The notes: generated by a model from the sequence alone, not told the origin. A stretch of 64,000 bases of DNA from Nitrospirota bacterium (GCA_963754875.1 CAVWHO010000007.1:140965-204964), one strand, 5' to 3'; positions 51,273 through 61,584 are shown, counted from the stretch's first letter. A program made the numbers and translations.

Positions 51273-54167
51273 TTGAAAAAGACTCTTTTTATTTTCCTTG
51301 GTATTCTCCTGCTGCCTGCATCGTTCGCACTCGCCAAGTTCGATCCTTCCTTCACCTGGACCACGATAGAGACGCCGCACTTTTATATCCATTATCATCA
51401 GGGCGAAGAGGAGCTTGCAAAGCGGGTCGTCGTCATCGCCGAGGATGTCCACGACCGGCTCGTACCGCGCGTCAAGTGGGACCCCAAGGGGAGGACCCAT
51501 ATCGTCCTCGTTGACGCCATGGACGACACGAACGGACTGACAACGGTCTTTCCCTACAAACACATCACGCTTTTCCTGACCCAGCCCATCGGCGGGCTGG
51601 GATTCGGCACCACGGTATATGACGAATGGATGCGGACCCTCATCATGCACGAGTACACGCACATCCTCCACCTCGACATGGTAAACGGCGTACCGGACTA
51701 CCTCCAGTACGTCTTCGGCAACTTCTACTTCCCGAACGAGTTTGAACCCATCTGGATGATCGAGGGCCTCGCCGTGTACGAGGAGACGGAGCAGACCTCG
51801 GGCGGCCGCGGCCGCTCTCCAGGATCAGAGATGATCATCCGCACGGCCGTGCTTGAGGACCGGTTCCCGCGCCTGGGCCAGGCCACCACGTTCCCTGACT
51901 TCTGGCCCGATGGAGACCTGCCCTATTTGTTCGGCGAGGGGTTCACGCGCTTTATTGCCGAGAAATACGGGAGGGAGAAACTCGCCGACATTTATGTCGC
52001 CTACAGCAAGCACGGTGTGCCCTGGTTCGTGGACCTGACAGGCCGGACGGTGCTCGGGGAGTGGTACAGCGACCTCTGGGAGGACTGGCACAACGAGCTC
52101 AGGTCCCGGTACAACCGGCTGCGTGATGAGCTCTCCGCAAAGGGACTGACAACGTCACTTCCGCTCACGCAACGCGGCTACCTCAATGTTTCCCCTGCGT
52201 TCTCGCCTGACGGGGCGCGGATCGCCTACACAGTCATAAATGCCGACGAATTCCCGGGTATCTACTTGATGAACTCCGACGGAACGGGAGACCGCAAAGT
52301 CGTCGATAATGCAACGTCCTCCACATCGTCGGGCCAAAGCATCGCCTGGAGCCCCGATGGCAGCGGCATCTATTACACCAAGGAAGATATCGTCAGGAAC
52401 ACCGACGTCTATAACGACGTCTACTACTACGACCTCAAGAGAAAGAACGAGATCCGTATTACGAAGGGTATCCGTGCCCGCGATCCCTATCCCTCGCCGG
52501 ACGGGAAAAAACTCATTTTCGTCATCAACAAGCTCGGCAAAACGAGGCTCGCGTCTGCAGACGTTCCGAAGGCCCCGGGCGCTTTGATACAGGAGAAAGA
52601 CCTGACCTGGCTTTCCGATGAAGGAGAGTACCAGTATGAAACGCCGCGGTTCAGCCCCGACGGGACCATGATCGCCGTAGGCGTGTGGCAGCCCGGCGGC
52701 TTCAAGGACATTTGGCTCCTCGACAGCAGCGGCAGGAAGATCGAAGAGCTCATGCACGACCGCGCCATTGACAGCAATCCCGCCTGGAGCGCCGATGGAA
52801 AAATCATTTACTTTTCCTCGGACAGAACAGGCATCTTCAACCTTTACGCTTATGAGTTTGCGACAAAAAAACTTTACCAGGTAACGAACGTCCTTGGCGG
52901 GGCGTTCACGCCGACGCCTTCTCCCGACAACAAGACCTTGGTGTTTGCATCTTACAGCTCAAGGGGCTATGACCTTCACCTGCGTCCTGTCCAACCTGCA
53001 GCGTGGACGACCATAGAGCCCTACAAGGACCCCTATCCTGCTGTGACCTATGCGGATAAACCGGTCGAGACCAGGACAATTTCCTATAACCCTCTGCCCA
53101 CGCTTGCGCCGCACTTCTGGATTCCCTGGTACGGTTATAGCGAGGAAAGCGGCAACCTCTGGGGTTTTCTGACGTTCGGCAATGACGTGCTCGAACGCCA
53201 TTCCTACTCCCTGACCGGCCTGTACAGCCCCACAACCTATCGTACCTGGTACGCTTTCAATTATGCTTATGACGGTCTGTACCCGACCTTGTTATTTTCC
53301 GCTTCCGATATCGACGGGACCTTCAGCGACTTTCTTACCGGACCGACCGGTTCCCGGAACTACGTGCAGCGCGAAAGAACGGTCGAGGCAGCAGCGGTGT
53401 TTCCGTTGTTCAAATTCCAGAGCCAGCACGAGCTCATATTCGGTTATCGTCATAAAGAGATTTCAGCTCTCACACAACTCTTGCCGATTCCCGGCCCGGT
53501 CCCGGCACAGGGCGAGCTGGTTTCAGGACGGGCCAGTTACCTTTTTAACAACAGCCACCAATATGGTTTTTCCATCAGCCCCGAGGACGGCAGGACCGTC
53601 GAGCTGGGGTATGAGCGGTTCGACCGGGCTCTCGGCAGCGATTTCAACATTACGAAGTATACGGCTGACTGGCACGAGTACATCAATTTCCCGTGGAAAC
53701 ACCATGTGCTCCAGGCCAGGGGATTCTACGGGACGTCGTCAGGGGAGGTGATCCCCCAGGGCGCATTCCAGCTGGGCGGGGACAACCCGGGAGACAGCAC
53801 GATCCCGGTCGACAGCGAGTCGATCTATCTGCGCGGCTATCCGATCAATGCCTTCCTGGGAAGAAAAGCGGCCCTCGCAAGCCTCGAATACCGGTTCCCG
53901 ATCAAGGACATTGAAAACGGGTTGAACAACACGCCGGTTTTCCTCCGCCGTCTTCACGGCGCAGTCTTTGCAGAAGAAGGCAACGTTTGGAATGACCAGT
54001 TCCACGATTCTGATTTCAAACGAGCCATAGGGGCCGAGGTAAGGCTTGACACCGATCTGGCATACACGCTCCTTCCCATTACGTTCCGCCTGGTAGTGGC
54101 AAAAGGGCTGGACAAAAAAGGCGAATCGCAGGTTTACCTGTCTCTCTGGATGCCGGCACTGTTCTAG
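51273..54167 (+). CDS. Omp85-family protein with N-terminal gluzincin-like peptidase and PD40/WD40 propeller
   Basis: 'HEYTH...W.IEGLA'; P.FSPDG repeats; Omp85-like 'LRGY', 'SLEYRFP', 'IGAEVR'. Confidence 0.8.
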   Translation: MKKTLFIFLGILLLPASFALAKFDPSFTWTTIETPHFYIHYHQGEEELAKRVVVIAEDVHDRLVPRVKWDPKGRTHIVLVDAMDDTNGLTTVFPYKHITLFLTQPIGGLGFGTTVYDEWMRTLIMHEYTHILHLDMVNGVPDYLQYVFGNFYFPNEFEPIWMIEGLAVYEETEQTSGGRGRSPGSEMIIRTAVLEDRFPRLGQATTFPDFWPDGDLPYLFGEGFTRFIAEKYGREKLADIYVAYSKHGVPWFVDLTGRTVLGEWYSDLWEDWHNELRSRYNRLRDELSAKGLTTSLPLTQRGYLNVSPAFSPDGARIAYTVINADEFPGIYLMNSDGTGDRKVVDNATSSTSSGQSIAWSPDGSGIYYTKEDIVRNTDVYNDVYYYDLKRKNEIRITKGIRARDPYPSPDGKKLIFVINKLGKTRLASADVPKAPGALIQEKDLTWLSDEGEYQYETPRFSPDGTMIAVGVWQPGGFKDIWLLDSSGRKIEELMHDRAIDSNPAWSADGKIIYFSSDRTGIFNLYAYEFATKKLYQVTNVLGGAFTPTPSPDNKTLVFASYSSRGYDLHLRPVQPAAWTTIEPYKDPYPAVTYADKPVETRTISYNPLPTLAPHFWIPWYGYSEESGNLWGFLTFGNDVLERHSYSLTGLYSPTTYRTWYAFNYAYDGLYPTLLFSASDIDGTFSDFLTGPTGSRNYVQRERTVEAAAVFPLFKFQSQHELIFGYRHKEISALTQLLPIPGPVPAQGELVSGRASYLFNNSHQYGFSISPEDGRTVELGYERFDRALGSDFNITKYTADWHEYINFPWKHHVLQARGFYGTSSGEVIPQGAFQLGGDNPGDSTIPVDSESIYLRGYPINAFLGRKAALASLEYRFPIKDIENGLNNTPVFLRRLHGAVFAEEGNVWNDQFHDSDFKRAIGAEVRLDTDLAYTLLPITFRLVVAKGLDKKGESQVYLSLWMPALF

Positions 54168-54203
54168 AACGCATCATTGCTGCACTTTTTGCGGAGGCCA
54201 CAG

Positions 54204-55094
54204 ATGATACTCGTTACCGGTGCAACAGGATTTGTCGGCAGCAACCTGGTTCGTCGCCTGCGGCACGACGACATTGCCGTACGCGCCCTCGTGAGAAGTC
54301 TTGCCAAAGGCGAGGCGCTCAAAGACATCGGCGTCGATGTTGTCGAGGGCGACGTTTCCGACAAGGCCTCGCTCGAAGCGGCGGCTGCCGGGTGCGAGCG
54401 CGTCGTCCACCTCGTCGGCATCATCCAGGAGACCCCGGCTGCGACTTTCCGGTCGGTGCACGTGGAAGGCACGGGGAACGTCCTGGATGCTGCGAAAAAA
54501 GCAGGTATACGCCACATTTGCTACCAGAGCGCGCTCGGTACGCGTCCCGGGGCGAAGAGCATGTATCATAAGACAAAGTGGGAAGCCGAGGAACTCGTGC
54601 GCGCGAGCACTGTTCCCTACACCATACTCAGGCCGTCGCTCATCTACGGACCCGGCGATCAGTTCACGATGAGACTCTCGCAAATGATCAAGCGTTCACC
54701 GGTGCTTCCGGTCATCGGGCCCGGCCGATCCCGGGTCCAGCCCCTCTATATCGACGATGCAGTCTCCTGTATCGTGAAGGCCGTAACAAGCGATTCTTTT
54801 TTGAACGAGATGTACGAGATCGGCGGTCCGGACCAGTTGACCTACGAAGAAGTGACCGTGGCGATCGCCGATGCGCTGGGCGTGTACCGGCCGACCATGC
54901 ACATGCCGCTCTTTCTCGTAAGGAACGCGGCCCGGCTGCTTGAGAGCGTACTGCCCGCACCGCCGGTGACCACAGACCAGCTCATCATGCTCCAGGAGGA
55001 CAACGTGTGCGGCATGCGCGACATCCGCGACGCTTTCGGCATCGAGCCGATAAAGTTCCGGGAAGGACTTAAAAAATTTATTTCACCGCGGTGA
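54204..55094 (+). CDS. NAD-dependent epimerase, complex I NDUFA9-like family
   Basis: 'VTGATGFVG', 'HLVGII.E', 'Y.KTK..AE', 'RPSLIYG..D'. Confidence 0.88.
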   Translation: MILVTGATGFVGSNLVRRLRHDDIAVRALVRSLAKGEALKDIGVDVVEGDVSDKASLEAAAAGCERVVHLVGIIQETPAATFRSVHVEGTGNVLDAAKKAGIRHICYQSALGTRPGAKSMYHKTKWEAEELVRASTVPYTILRPSLIYGPGDQFTMRLSQMIKRSPVLPVIGPGRSRVQPLYIDDAVSCIVKAVTSDSFLNEMYEIGGPDQLTYEEVTVAIADALGVYRPTMHMPLFLVRNAARLLESVLPAPPVTTDQLIMLQEDNVCGMRDIRDAFGIEPIKFREGLKKFISPR

Positions 55095-55251
55095 GTTCGG
55101 CCGGTAACCAACGGATCTTTACGAAGGCCGGCGTAAATCAAAATCGTGTAGAATACTGCATTGCATGCGCTAAACTAAACCCTTTGCTTTGTGTCAAAAA
55201 AGATTTACAATAGGCCAAGTTCGATTATCAGGAAGGATGGACAGGGACAAC

Positions 55252-56223
55252 ATGAACGTGAAGATTTTGAAGTCTTACAGCTTGGCAGTGATTGTGATTA
55301 CTGCGGCGATACTAGGCATCTCCGGCTGCGGCAAGAATGGGAAAATGATGTCGATTACGGTGACCCCCGCCGATATCAGCGTTATCCCCGGGACCCCACT
55401 GCAATATCAAGCCCAGGGGAATTTATCAGACGGCACGACCTATTTTCTCTCCATAGTGGACTGGAGTTCATCAGATACGACGGTTGCACTGATTGATCCA
55501 ACAGGCGGCTTTCTCGTGGCTTCCACAACAACGGGCACGGTTACTATCGCGGCCGCGGACCCGTATTCAACCTTCATCGGCACTACGTCGCTCGCGGTTG
55601 CCTTGCTTTCATCCATTACGGTAACCCCAACCAACCCGAGCATGACCCCGGGGTTGACTCATCAGTTCACGGCAACGGGAATATTAGCCAATAGTGCGAC
55701 CCAGGACCTGACGACCTTTGCTACCTGTACGTGGACCTCGTCAGATACTACTGTTGCGACGGTCGTGAGCACGCCAGGTATAGGCGGTTCAGGCGTCGTC
55801 ACTTCCGTTGCCCCGGGTACTGCGATCATTCAGGCTTCTGTCCTGACATCAGACGGCACCGGGAGTAGTATAACGGTCACTGGCACCACAACGCTTACGG
55901 TTACTTCAGTACCGCTTGCATCCCTGGCATTTAACCCGGCATCTGATCTTAATCTCACGATCCCACTCACTGTTTCAAGCGGGACGACGACCATGGCGTC
56001 GACGCACCAGTACGATGTTACGGGCACCTACTCGGACAGTACACAGCAGCCATCAAGTGACTGGACATCGTCGGCGATCTGGAGTTCGTCAAATCCGGCT
56101 ATTGCGACGATCAATGCCACCGGATTAGCCACTGCTGTCGCCTTTGGCACAACGACGATCACGGCAGCCGATCCGATAACGGGCATTGCAATGAGCTCGG
56201 CTTTAACCGTAACCTCCCCCTAG
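55252..56223 (+). CDS. Lipoprotein with three bacterial Ig-like (Big_2) repeats
   Basis: Lipobox ISGC; repeats 'SITVTP...Q..A.G...W.SSD..VA...G...G...I.A'. Confidence 0.85.
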   Translation: MNVKILKSYSLAVIVITAAILGISGCGKNGKMMSITVTPADISVIPGTPLQYQAQGNLSDGTTYFLSIVDWSSSDTTVALIDPTGGFLVASTTTGTVTIAAADPYSTFIGTTSLAVALLSSITVTPTNPSMTPGLTHQFTATGILANSATQDLTTFATCTWTSSDTTVATVVSTPGIGGSGVVTSVAPGTAIIQASVLTSDGTGSSITVTGTTTLTVTSVPLASLAFNPASDLNLTIPLTVSSGTTTMASTHQYDVTGTYSDSTQQPSSDWTSSAIWSSSNPAIATINATGLATAVAFGTTTITAADPITGIAMSSALTVTSP

Positions 56224-56255
56224 AGACGACCCTGTTTGCGAAATTCCAATCGAGA

Positions 56256-56290
56256 GGGAGCGGGACGATCGTCCTGCTCCCTTTTTATTT
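56256..56290 (+). terminator. Intrinsic terminator
   Basis: AGGGAGCGGGAC-gatc-GTCCTGCTCCCT followed by a T-rich tract. Confidence 0.75.
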
Positions 56291-56418
56291 CATTATGACA
56301 GGTCAGGGGAGTTTGTGAAACAAGGGCATTGAGGAAGGGCATCAGTAAATCCAGAAAACAGCCGGCGTTCTCGGTTCTGTGGTTAAGCGCTCTTCTAGAT
56401 GTATTCAGCCTTGTCGGC

Positions 56419-58368
56419 TCACATTGGTTTCTTTCTCGCCTCGAACTCCCGCTTCACCGTCGGAAAGGCGTTCAAGTCCGTATGGGGCAGGAAGAGCGCT
56501 GACATGTACTCGTCCATAAAGCTGCGTGAGACAGATAATTCGACGTAGGTCATCCTCTTTGCGATCTCCTCGGCCTCGTGCCGCATCCGGTCGCACAGGA
56601 GCCCGTAGTAGGCGCCTATGATGGACGTGTTGCCGAGAAACTGGAATTTGTCCAATGCCAGATCGGGCAGCATGCCGATGGTGATGGCACGCTCGATGTC
56701 GATGTACCTCCCGAACCCCCCTGCTATGTAAAGCTTTTGAATGTCATTGAAGGTCATCCCCATGTGCGACAGAAGCGTGGCAAAACCGGCATAGATCGCG
56801 GCCTTAGCGCGGATCAGGTTGTCGAGGTCCACTTCCGTGATCACGATTTCCTTGTTGATGGCGCTCTCGATGCGCCAGGCGATCACGTATTCGAGACCGC
56901 TTTCGCCCCGCCGGATGCGCTTGGACCCCAGTTCCTCGCGGATCTTCCCTTTCTGGTCGATGACCCCGTTCAGGTACATTTCTGCAAGAATGTCGATCAT
57001 GCCGGAGCCGCAGATGCCGATGGGCTTCACGTCTCCGATGACCCGGTAGTTCACGTCATACGTTCTGGCGTCGATCTCGACTTCTTCGATGGCCCCTTCC
57101 ATGGCGCGCATGCCGAATTTGATGCCGCTCCCCTCGAATGCCGGGCCCGCTGAACACGCCGCGGTCACGAGCCAGTCCTTGTTCCCGAGTACGATCTCGC
57201 CGTTCGTGCCCACGTCGATAAAGAGCGAAACCTGCTCCTGCTTGTGGATCTGCGACACGAGCACGCCTGCGGTAATGTCGCCGCCCACATAGCTGGCCAC
57301 GTTCGGCATGGAGTAAATGAGGGCCTGCGGGTCGAGCCGGAAGCCGACGCTCTTCCCGCGAACGAGCGGGAAAAACGTCGCAACAGGGATATACGGCTCC
57401 TCGCGGATATACTGGGGATCGATGCCGTAAAAAAGGTGAGTCATGGTCGTGTTGCCCGCGACCACGATGTAATCGATCATACCCGGGGAAATGCCGTTCT
57501 TTTCCGCCGCCTCCGCGAGCATCGTGTTGATATTGCCCATGACCAGGTCCTGGAGCTCCTTCAGGCCGTTCCGCTCCGCGGCGTAGACGATGCGCGTAAT
57601 GACGTCGTCGCCGCACTTCACCTGGCTGTTGTACGTCGAAGCCGTGCCGATGACGTGGCCGTTTTTCATATCTACGAGGTACACGACCACGGTCGTGGTC
57701 CCGATATCGATTGCCGCGCCGTAGCGTTGGCGGGTCACTTCTCCGGGATAGATGTCGAGCACCTCAAGCACATCGCCCACGTTGAAGCACGATACCGTCA
57801 CCTTCCATTTGCCTTCACGCAGCACGTGCGCCAGTTTGGAAAGCACCAGGTAGTTCATATGCAGGTGTGCCGCGTCAAAGCCCGCGTTGTCCAACGCGCG
57901 CCGGAGCCGCTCGTAATCCGCGATGTTGTCGTCGATCGTCGGGGGCGTGATGTCAAGGTAGATGCGGATCATGCGGGAGTCCAGGCACCCGCCGGCGGCC
58001 TTCATGAGCTGCAGGATCTCCTCGGTCTTCGCGCCCGTCGCGATCTTGTGTTTTGCCTGCATGCGCGATTCGGGCGGGATCTCGACGACGAGGTCGCTCT
58101 CAATGTGTGAATGACAGGCAAGCGAATACCCGCGCCCGATCTCCTCGGAAGTCAGGTAGGACTGGGACTTCCCGCCGTCAACGTCTCCTTCTTTGATAAT
58201 GACCTTGCACTTGCCGCAATTGCCTTTCCCGCCGCAGGACGAGAGTACATAAACGCCCGCGGCCTTCATGGCCCTGTACAGATTGGTATTGTCGTCCACA
58301 TTGACGGTGACGTTGTCCGGTAAAAAGGTAATTTGTCGTTTCACCTGCACAGGCTCCTCTCTTGGCAT
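56419..58368 (-). CDS. ASKHA-domain reductive activator of corrinoid proteins (RACo/AcsV-like, DUF4445)
   Basis: N-terminal 2Fe-2S 'CGGKGNCGKC...LAC'; 'DIGTTT', 'DVGTNGE', 'AGPAFEG', 'GICGSG', 'AGGFG'. Confidence 0.92.
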   Translation of the reverse strand: MPREEPVQVKRQITFLPDNVTVNVDDNTNLYRAMKAAGVYVLSSCGGKGNCGKCKVIIKEGDVDGGKSQSYLTSEEIGRGYSLACHSHIESDLVVEIPPESRMQAKHKIATGAKTEEILQLMKAAGGCLDSRMIRIYLDITPPTIDDNIADYERLRRALDNAGFDAAHLHMNYLVLSKLAHVLREGKWKVTVSCFNVGDVLEVLDIYPGEVTRQRYGAAIDIGTTTVVVYLVDMKNGHVIGTASTYNSQVKCGDDVITRIVYAAERNGLKELQDLVMGNINTMLAEAAEKNGISPGMIDYIVVAGNTTMTHLFYGIDPQYIREEPYIPVATFFPLVRGKSVGFRLDPQALIYSMPNVASYVGGDITAGVLVSQIHKQEQVSLFIDVGTNGEIVLGNKDWLVTAACSAGPAFEGSGIKFGMRAMEGAIEEVEIDARTYDVNYRVIGDVKPIGICGSGMIDILAEMYLNGVIDQKGKIREELGSKRIRRGESGLEYVIAWRIESAINKEIVITEVDLDNLIRAKAAIYAGFATLLSHMGMTFNDIQKLYIAGGFGRYIDIERAITIGMLPDLALDKFQFLGNTSIIGAYYGLLCDRMRHEAEEIAKRMTYVELSVSRSFMDEYMSALFLPHTDLNAFPTVKREFEARKKPM

Positions 58369-58630
58369 CTTCGCCTTCTACGGGGGGAACAGAATAGTTG
58401 GTGACGGCGGTGCAATGCTTTCGCCGTTTTCATTTGCCGGCGCAAACGCCGGTTCCGCAATGAATTATCGGTGAATATAACAGGGTGCGTAACAAGGGTC
58501 AAGGGGATTCTGACCCGGAGCGGGTACTGCTGTTCCAGCGTCGAAACCGGGACAATGAATCTCTCAATCGACGTCATTGACATCGTCCCTGAGATTTATT
58601 ACTATGGAACCGATGCCGATGAACACGACA

Positions 58631-59098
58631 ATGATGCAAAAGTTATTTTTCAGGGCCGCAGCGTTGAGTATCGGTCTGTTATTTGCCTGTGCTTCCGCGC
58701 CCGTGAAGCCCGTAATCGGGTACACGCCGGCCATCGGCGAAAAGGCTGCCCGGACCGCTGTCGCGATGGTCGGCAGACCCTACAAATATCGCGGCGACAG
58801 CCCCGAAGGGTTCGACTGCAGCGGCCTGGTGCGATACAGTTATTTGACCGCCGGACTGGATGTGCCTCACGGCACGGAGCAGCTATTGAGAACGACCAGA
58901 TTGGTAGGCATGCGGATCGTCCGCAAGGGCGACCTGCTGTTTTTTGACGAGAAGGGCGGTAAATATTCTCATGTCGGCATCTACATCGGCCATGATCGAT
59001 TTGTCCACGCTCCCAGTACCGGCCGGAAGGTCCGCAAAGACAGTCTCCGGGACCCCTACTGGAAAAAGTCCTTCATTGAAGCAAGAAGATTTATGTAA
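58631..59098 (+). CDS. NlpC/P60 cell-wall peptidase lipoprotein
   Basis: Lipobox LFAC; 'GFDCSGL', 'GDLLFF', 'HVGIY', 'FVHA'. Confidence 0.92.
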   Translation: MMQKLFFRAAALSIGLLFACASAPVKPVIGYTPAIGEKAARTAVAMVGRPYKYRGDSPEGFDCSGLVRYSYLTAGLDVPHGTEQLLRTTRLVGMRIVRKGDLLFFDEKGGKYSHVGIYIGHDRFVHAPSTGRKVRKDSLRDPYWKKSFIEARRFM

Positions 59099-59137
59099 AC
59101 TCCGCTCAAAATCTTTTGATCTTGTCGTTTGAACGCT

Positions 59138-59899
59138 CTACTTCTTCGACTTCCTGCCGGCCTTCTTCCTCTCGTCGCGTTCCTTTTTCCGCATCTGTAC
59201 CAGCCCGCTCCAGAGCCCGTAAAGCAGGACCTGTAACCCGATTACGACCAGAAAACCGGCGCGCATGACATAGCCCATGGAGTCGGCAAGCCGGGCGGTC
59301 ATATCTTCGATTGTTCGGTAAAGGACAACCATGTTCGTCATGGAAGTAATGATCGTTACCGCCGCACCCGTAAACACGCCTTCGAGCATGGCATTGCCCT
59401 TAGAGGTATGGCCGATCCAGCTGCCGGTCACAAAACTGGTAATGACGGCAACAAGCCCGAGCAGATAGATGCCTTCTTTGGCGACGAGCCAGGGATGGTC
59501 TCCCCGCAGGAACCTGCCGACAGTCTCGATCGTGAACTGGCCGTAAACGTCGCTGAACGACTGGCCGCTGAACCGGATAAACAACGCCACGAGGAAAATT
59601 TCTATGGAAAACTTGGTGAAGAAGCTGACGGCGACGTCGACGATGACCTTCCCGGCCGTGATGCCTACTTCGGCGCCCGCGAGGCCGGTTTTTGCTTCAT
59701 CTCTCGGCAGTGAGGCCGCGCCCTTGCCGGACCTGCCCTTCTTACGGTGCTCGAGGACCTCATAAACGATCGCGTAGAGGATGGGGATAAGGGGAAGGAT
59801 CTTGTTGGTATAAAATTCGAGCTCAAAAGCGCGGCTCAGCGTCACGAGGCCGATGGCGCTTCCGATTGCGATGGTAAAGCTGAGGAAGAGGTTACCCAT
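59138..59899 (-). CDS. Hypothetical multi-pass membrane protein
   Basis: About 6 hydrophobic segments and a basic C-terminal tail. Confidence 0.7.
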   Translation of the reverse strand: MGNLFLSFTIAIGSAIGLVTLSRAFELEFYTNKILPLIPILYAIVYEVLEHRKKGRSGKGAASLPRDEAKTGLAGAEVGITAGKVIVDVAVSFFTKFSIEIFLVALFIRFSGQSFSDVYGQFTIETVGRFLRGDHPWLVAKEGIYLLGLVAVITSFVTGSWIGHTSKGNAMLEGVFTGAAVTIITSMTNMVVLYRTIEDMTARLADSMGYVMRAGFLVVIGLQVLLYGLWSGLVQMRKKERDERKKAGRKSKK

Positions 59900-60019
59900 A
59901 GGATTGAAAACATCTTAAACTTACTAACAGCAAAAATTCATTTACCGCGAAGACGCCAGGGACGCGAAGGAAATCTTTTAAGTTACTTAGGCATTGGTTT
60001 CGGCTTGTCAGTGTCAGCG

Positions 60020-60679
60020 CTATTTCTTCTTCGCGTACGCTTCCAGCTCTTTATAGAACTCCTTGCCCATGAACGTCTCGATGGTCTTCTTGAGGCTCTT
60101 GTACATGGGCTCGCCCGACGGTTCGGTCATGCATTTGATGTGGTTCAGGTAGGGCGTGTCCTGGATGGAAAGCACTTTTTTGCCTTTTTCTGTGGTGTAG
60201 AACGCAAGGGGATACTGAACGCAATCGGCAAACTTGAACTCTTCCCAGACCATGCCCTTCTCGATGGCGTAACTGTGGACGCTGCAGTACCGCATACCCT
60301 CCTTATTGGTATAGATCAGGGCGCAGTCGTTGTTGAACAGGAGCACGCAGCGGAAATCCTGGCCTCCGAAGTTCCTGCGGATGGCCTGTGCCTCGTCTTC
60401 GTGGATCACGCAGCCTGTCGGGCACTGGGTTTTGCACGTGCCGAGGATCGATCCGTTCTTTTTGATCGCGGCCCTGTTCTCCGGGGAGAGATAGGCGAGG
60501 ATTCCCTCAAGGTGCGCCTCGACCTTTTTTGCTTCCGAAGGCGGGACGATGCAGGAGCGGTAGCAGCACATGGACTTGCAGCCGTATTTTTCCACGTCGC
60601 AGGCGTAGGGACGGGTGAAGATCTCGGGATTGACGAGTACGGCAGCGATCTCGACAAAGCCTTTTTGGTCAGATGACAT
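60020..60679 (-). CDS. DUF3109-like Cys-rich protein
   Basis: 'C.....C...CC', 'C.VH..A', 'C.QYP'; SD GGAGG. Confidence 0.7.
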   Translation of the reverse strand: MSSDQKGFVEIAAVLVNPEIFTRPYACDVEKYGCKSMCCYRSCIVPPSEAKKVEAHLEGILAYLSPENRAAIKKNGSILGTCKTQCPTGCVIHEDEAQAIRRNFGGQDFRCVLLFNNDCALIYTNKEGMRYCSVHSYAIEKGMVWEEFKFADCVQYPLAFYTTEKGKKVLSIQDTPYLNHIKCMTEPSGEPMYKSLKKTIETFMGKEFYKELEAYAKKK

Positions 60680-61001
60680 GCATTTCCTCCATAACCAGGC
60701 AGATAGTTACTGCTGAGGCCTGCCCTGAGGGCGTCGAAGAGTCGCGAGTGAGCCCGGAGCAGCCCGAATTTCCTCTCTGCGCTCTCCTCTCGCCCGGCAG
60801 TGAAGGGCATTTTAAGACAGTCAGCGGAGGATGTAAAGATTTTTTTCTTCGCAATCAATTTTCTCTTGCATTCGATGGGAAAAAGAGTATATTGCGAAAC
60901 AAAAAAATGAGCCCGAAGTCGTCTCTCGGCCGGTCTTGTTGAGCATCGAGCGAGGATCACGAGCGGCTGAAGAAAAAAATGAGCGAGAATCATTTTTACT
61001 C

Positions 61002-61030
61002 TTGACAAAGAGTAGTATTTTTGATAAATG
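61002..61030 (+). promoter_or_regulatory. Sigma70 promoter of the spe operon
   Basis: TTGACA-N17-TAAATG with TG extended -10. Confidence 0.6.
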
Positions 61031-61182
61031 ACAACTAACTTTTGATGTTGTTGGCGCCGCCTGAAGTCAAGGCGGGTTGGAGTCTAACAATGAACCCTTC
61101 CGCGAGAGCGGGAGGCGGTGCTCGCTGAGATCCCGATCTGATCGGGAAGCTTGTGAAGCGGGCGGAGAAGGAGGTAAACAGG

Positions 61183-61584
61183 TTGCACGCGTTGGGGACC
61201 CACCTATTGTTGGAGTTGAAAGACTGCAACTCCAAAACCCTGGGCAACTTAGAGTTTGTACAGGAAACACTAAAAAATGCTGCACTTGAGGCAAAGGCGA
61301 CCATTGTTGAAGTCGCTTTCCACGAATTCAGCCCCTTTGGCATCAGCGGGATGGTAGTTATCGCCGAATCCCACCTTGCCATCCACACGTGGCCGGAATA
61401 CGGCTACGCTGCCGTAGATGTCTTTACCTGCGGAGACCTTATCGATCCCCGGGTTGCCGCAAAATTCCTGATTGACAAATTTGAGTCCAAAAACCCCTCC
61501 ATCATCGAGATGAAGCGGGGAATCCTCGGCCACGAGAAGCTTCCGCACAAGCCGATCGTACAGGGAGAGCTGGTTTCAGCATGA
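61183..61584 (+). CDS. speD: S-adenosylmethionine decarboxylase proenzyme
   Basis: TTG start after AAGGAGGT; 'HEFSPFG.SG...IAESH..IHTWPE', 'DVFTCG'. Confidence 0.93.
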   Translation: MHALGTHLLLELKDCNSKTLGNLEFVQETLKNAALEAKATIVEVAFHEFSPFGISGMVVIAESHLAIHTWPEYGYAAVDVFTCGDLIDPRVAAKFLIDKFESKNPSIIEMKRGILGHEKLPHKPIVQGELVSA

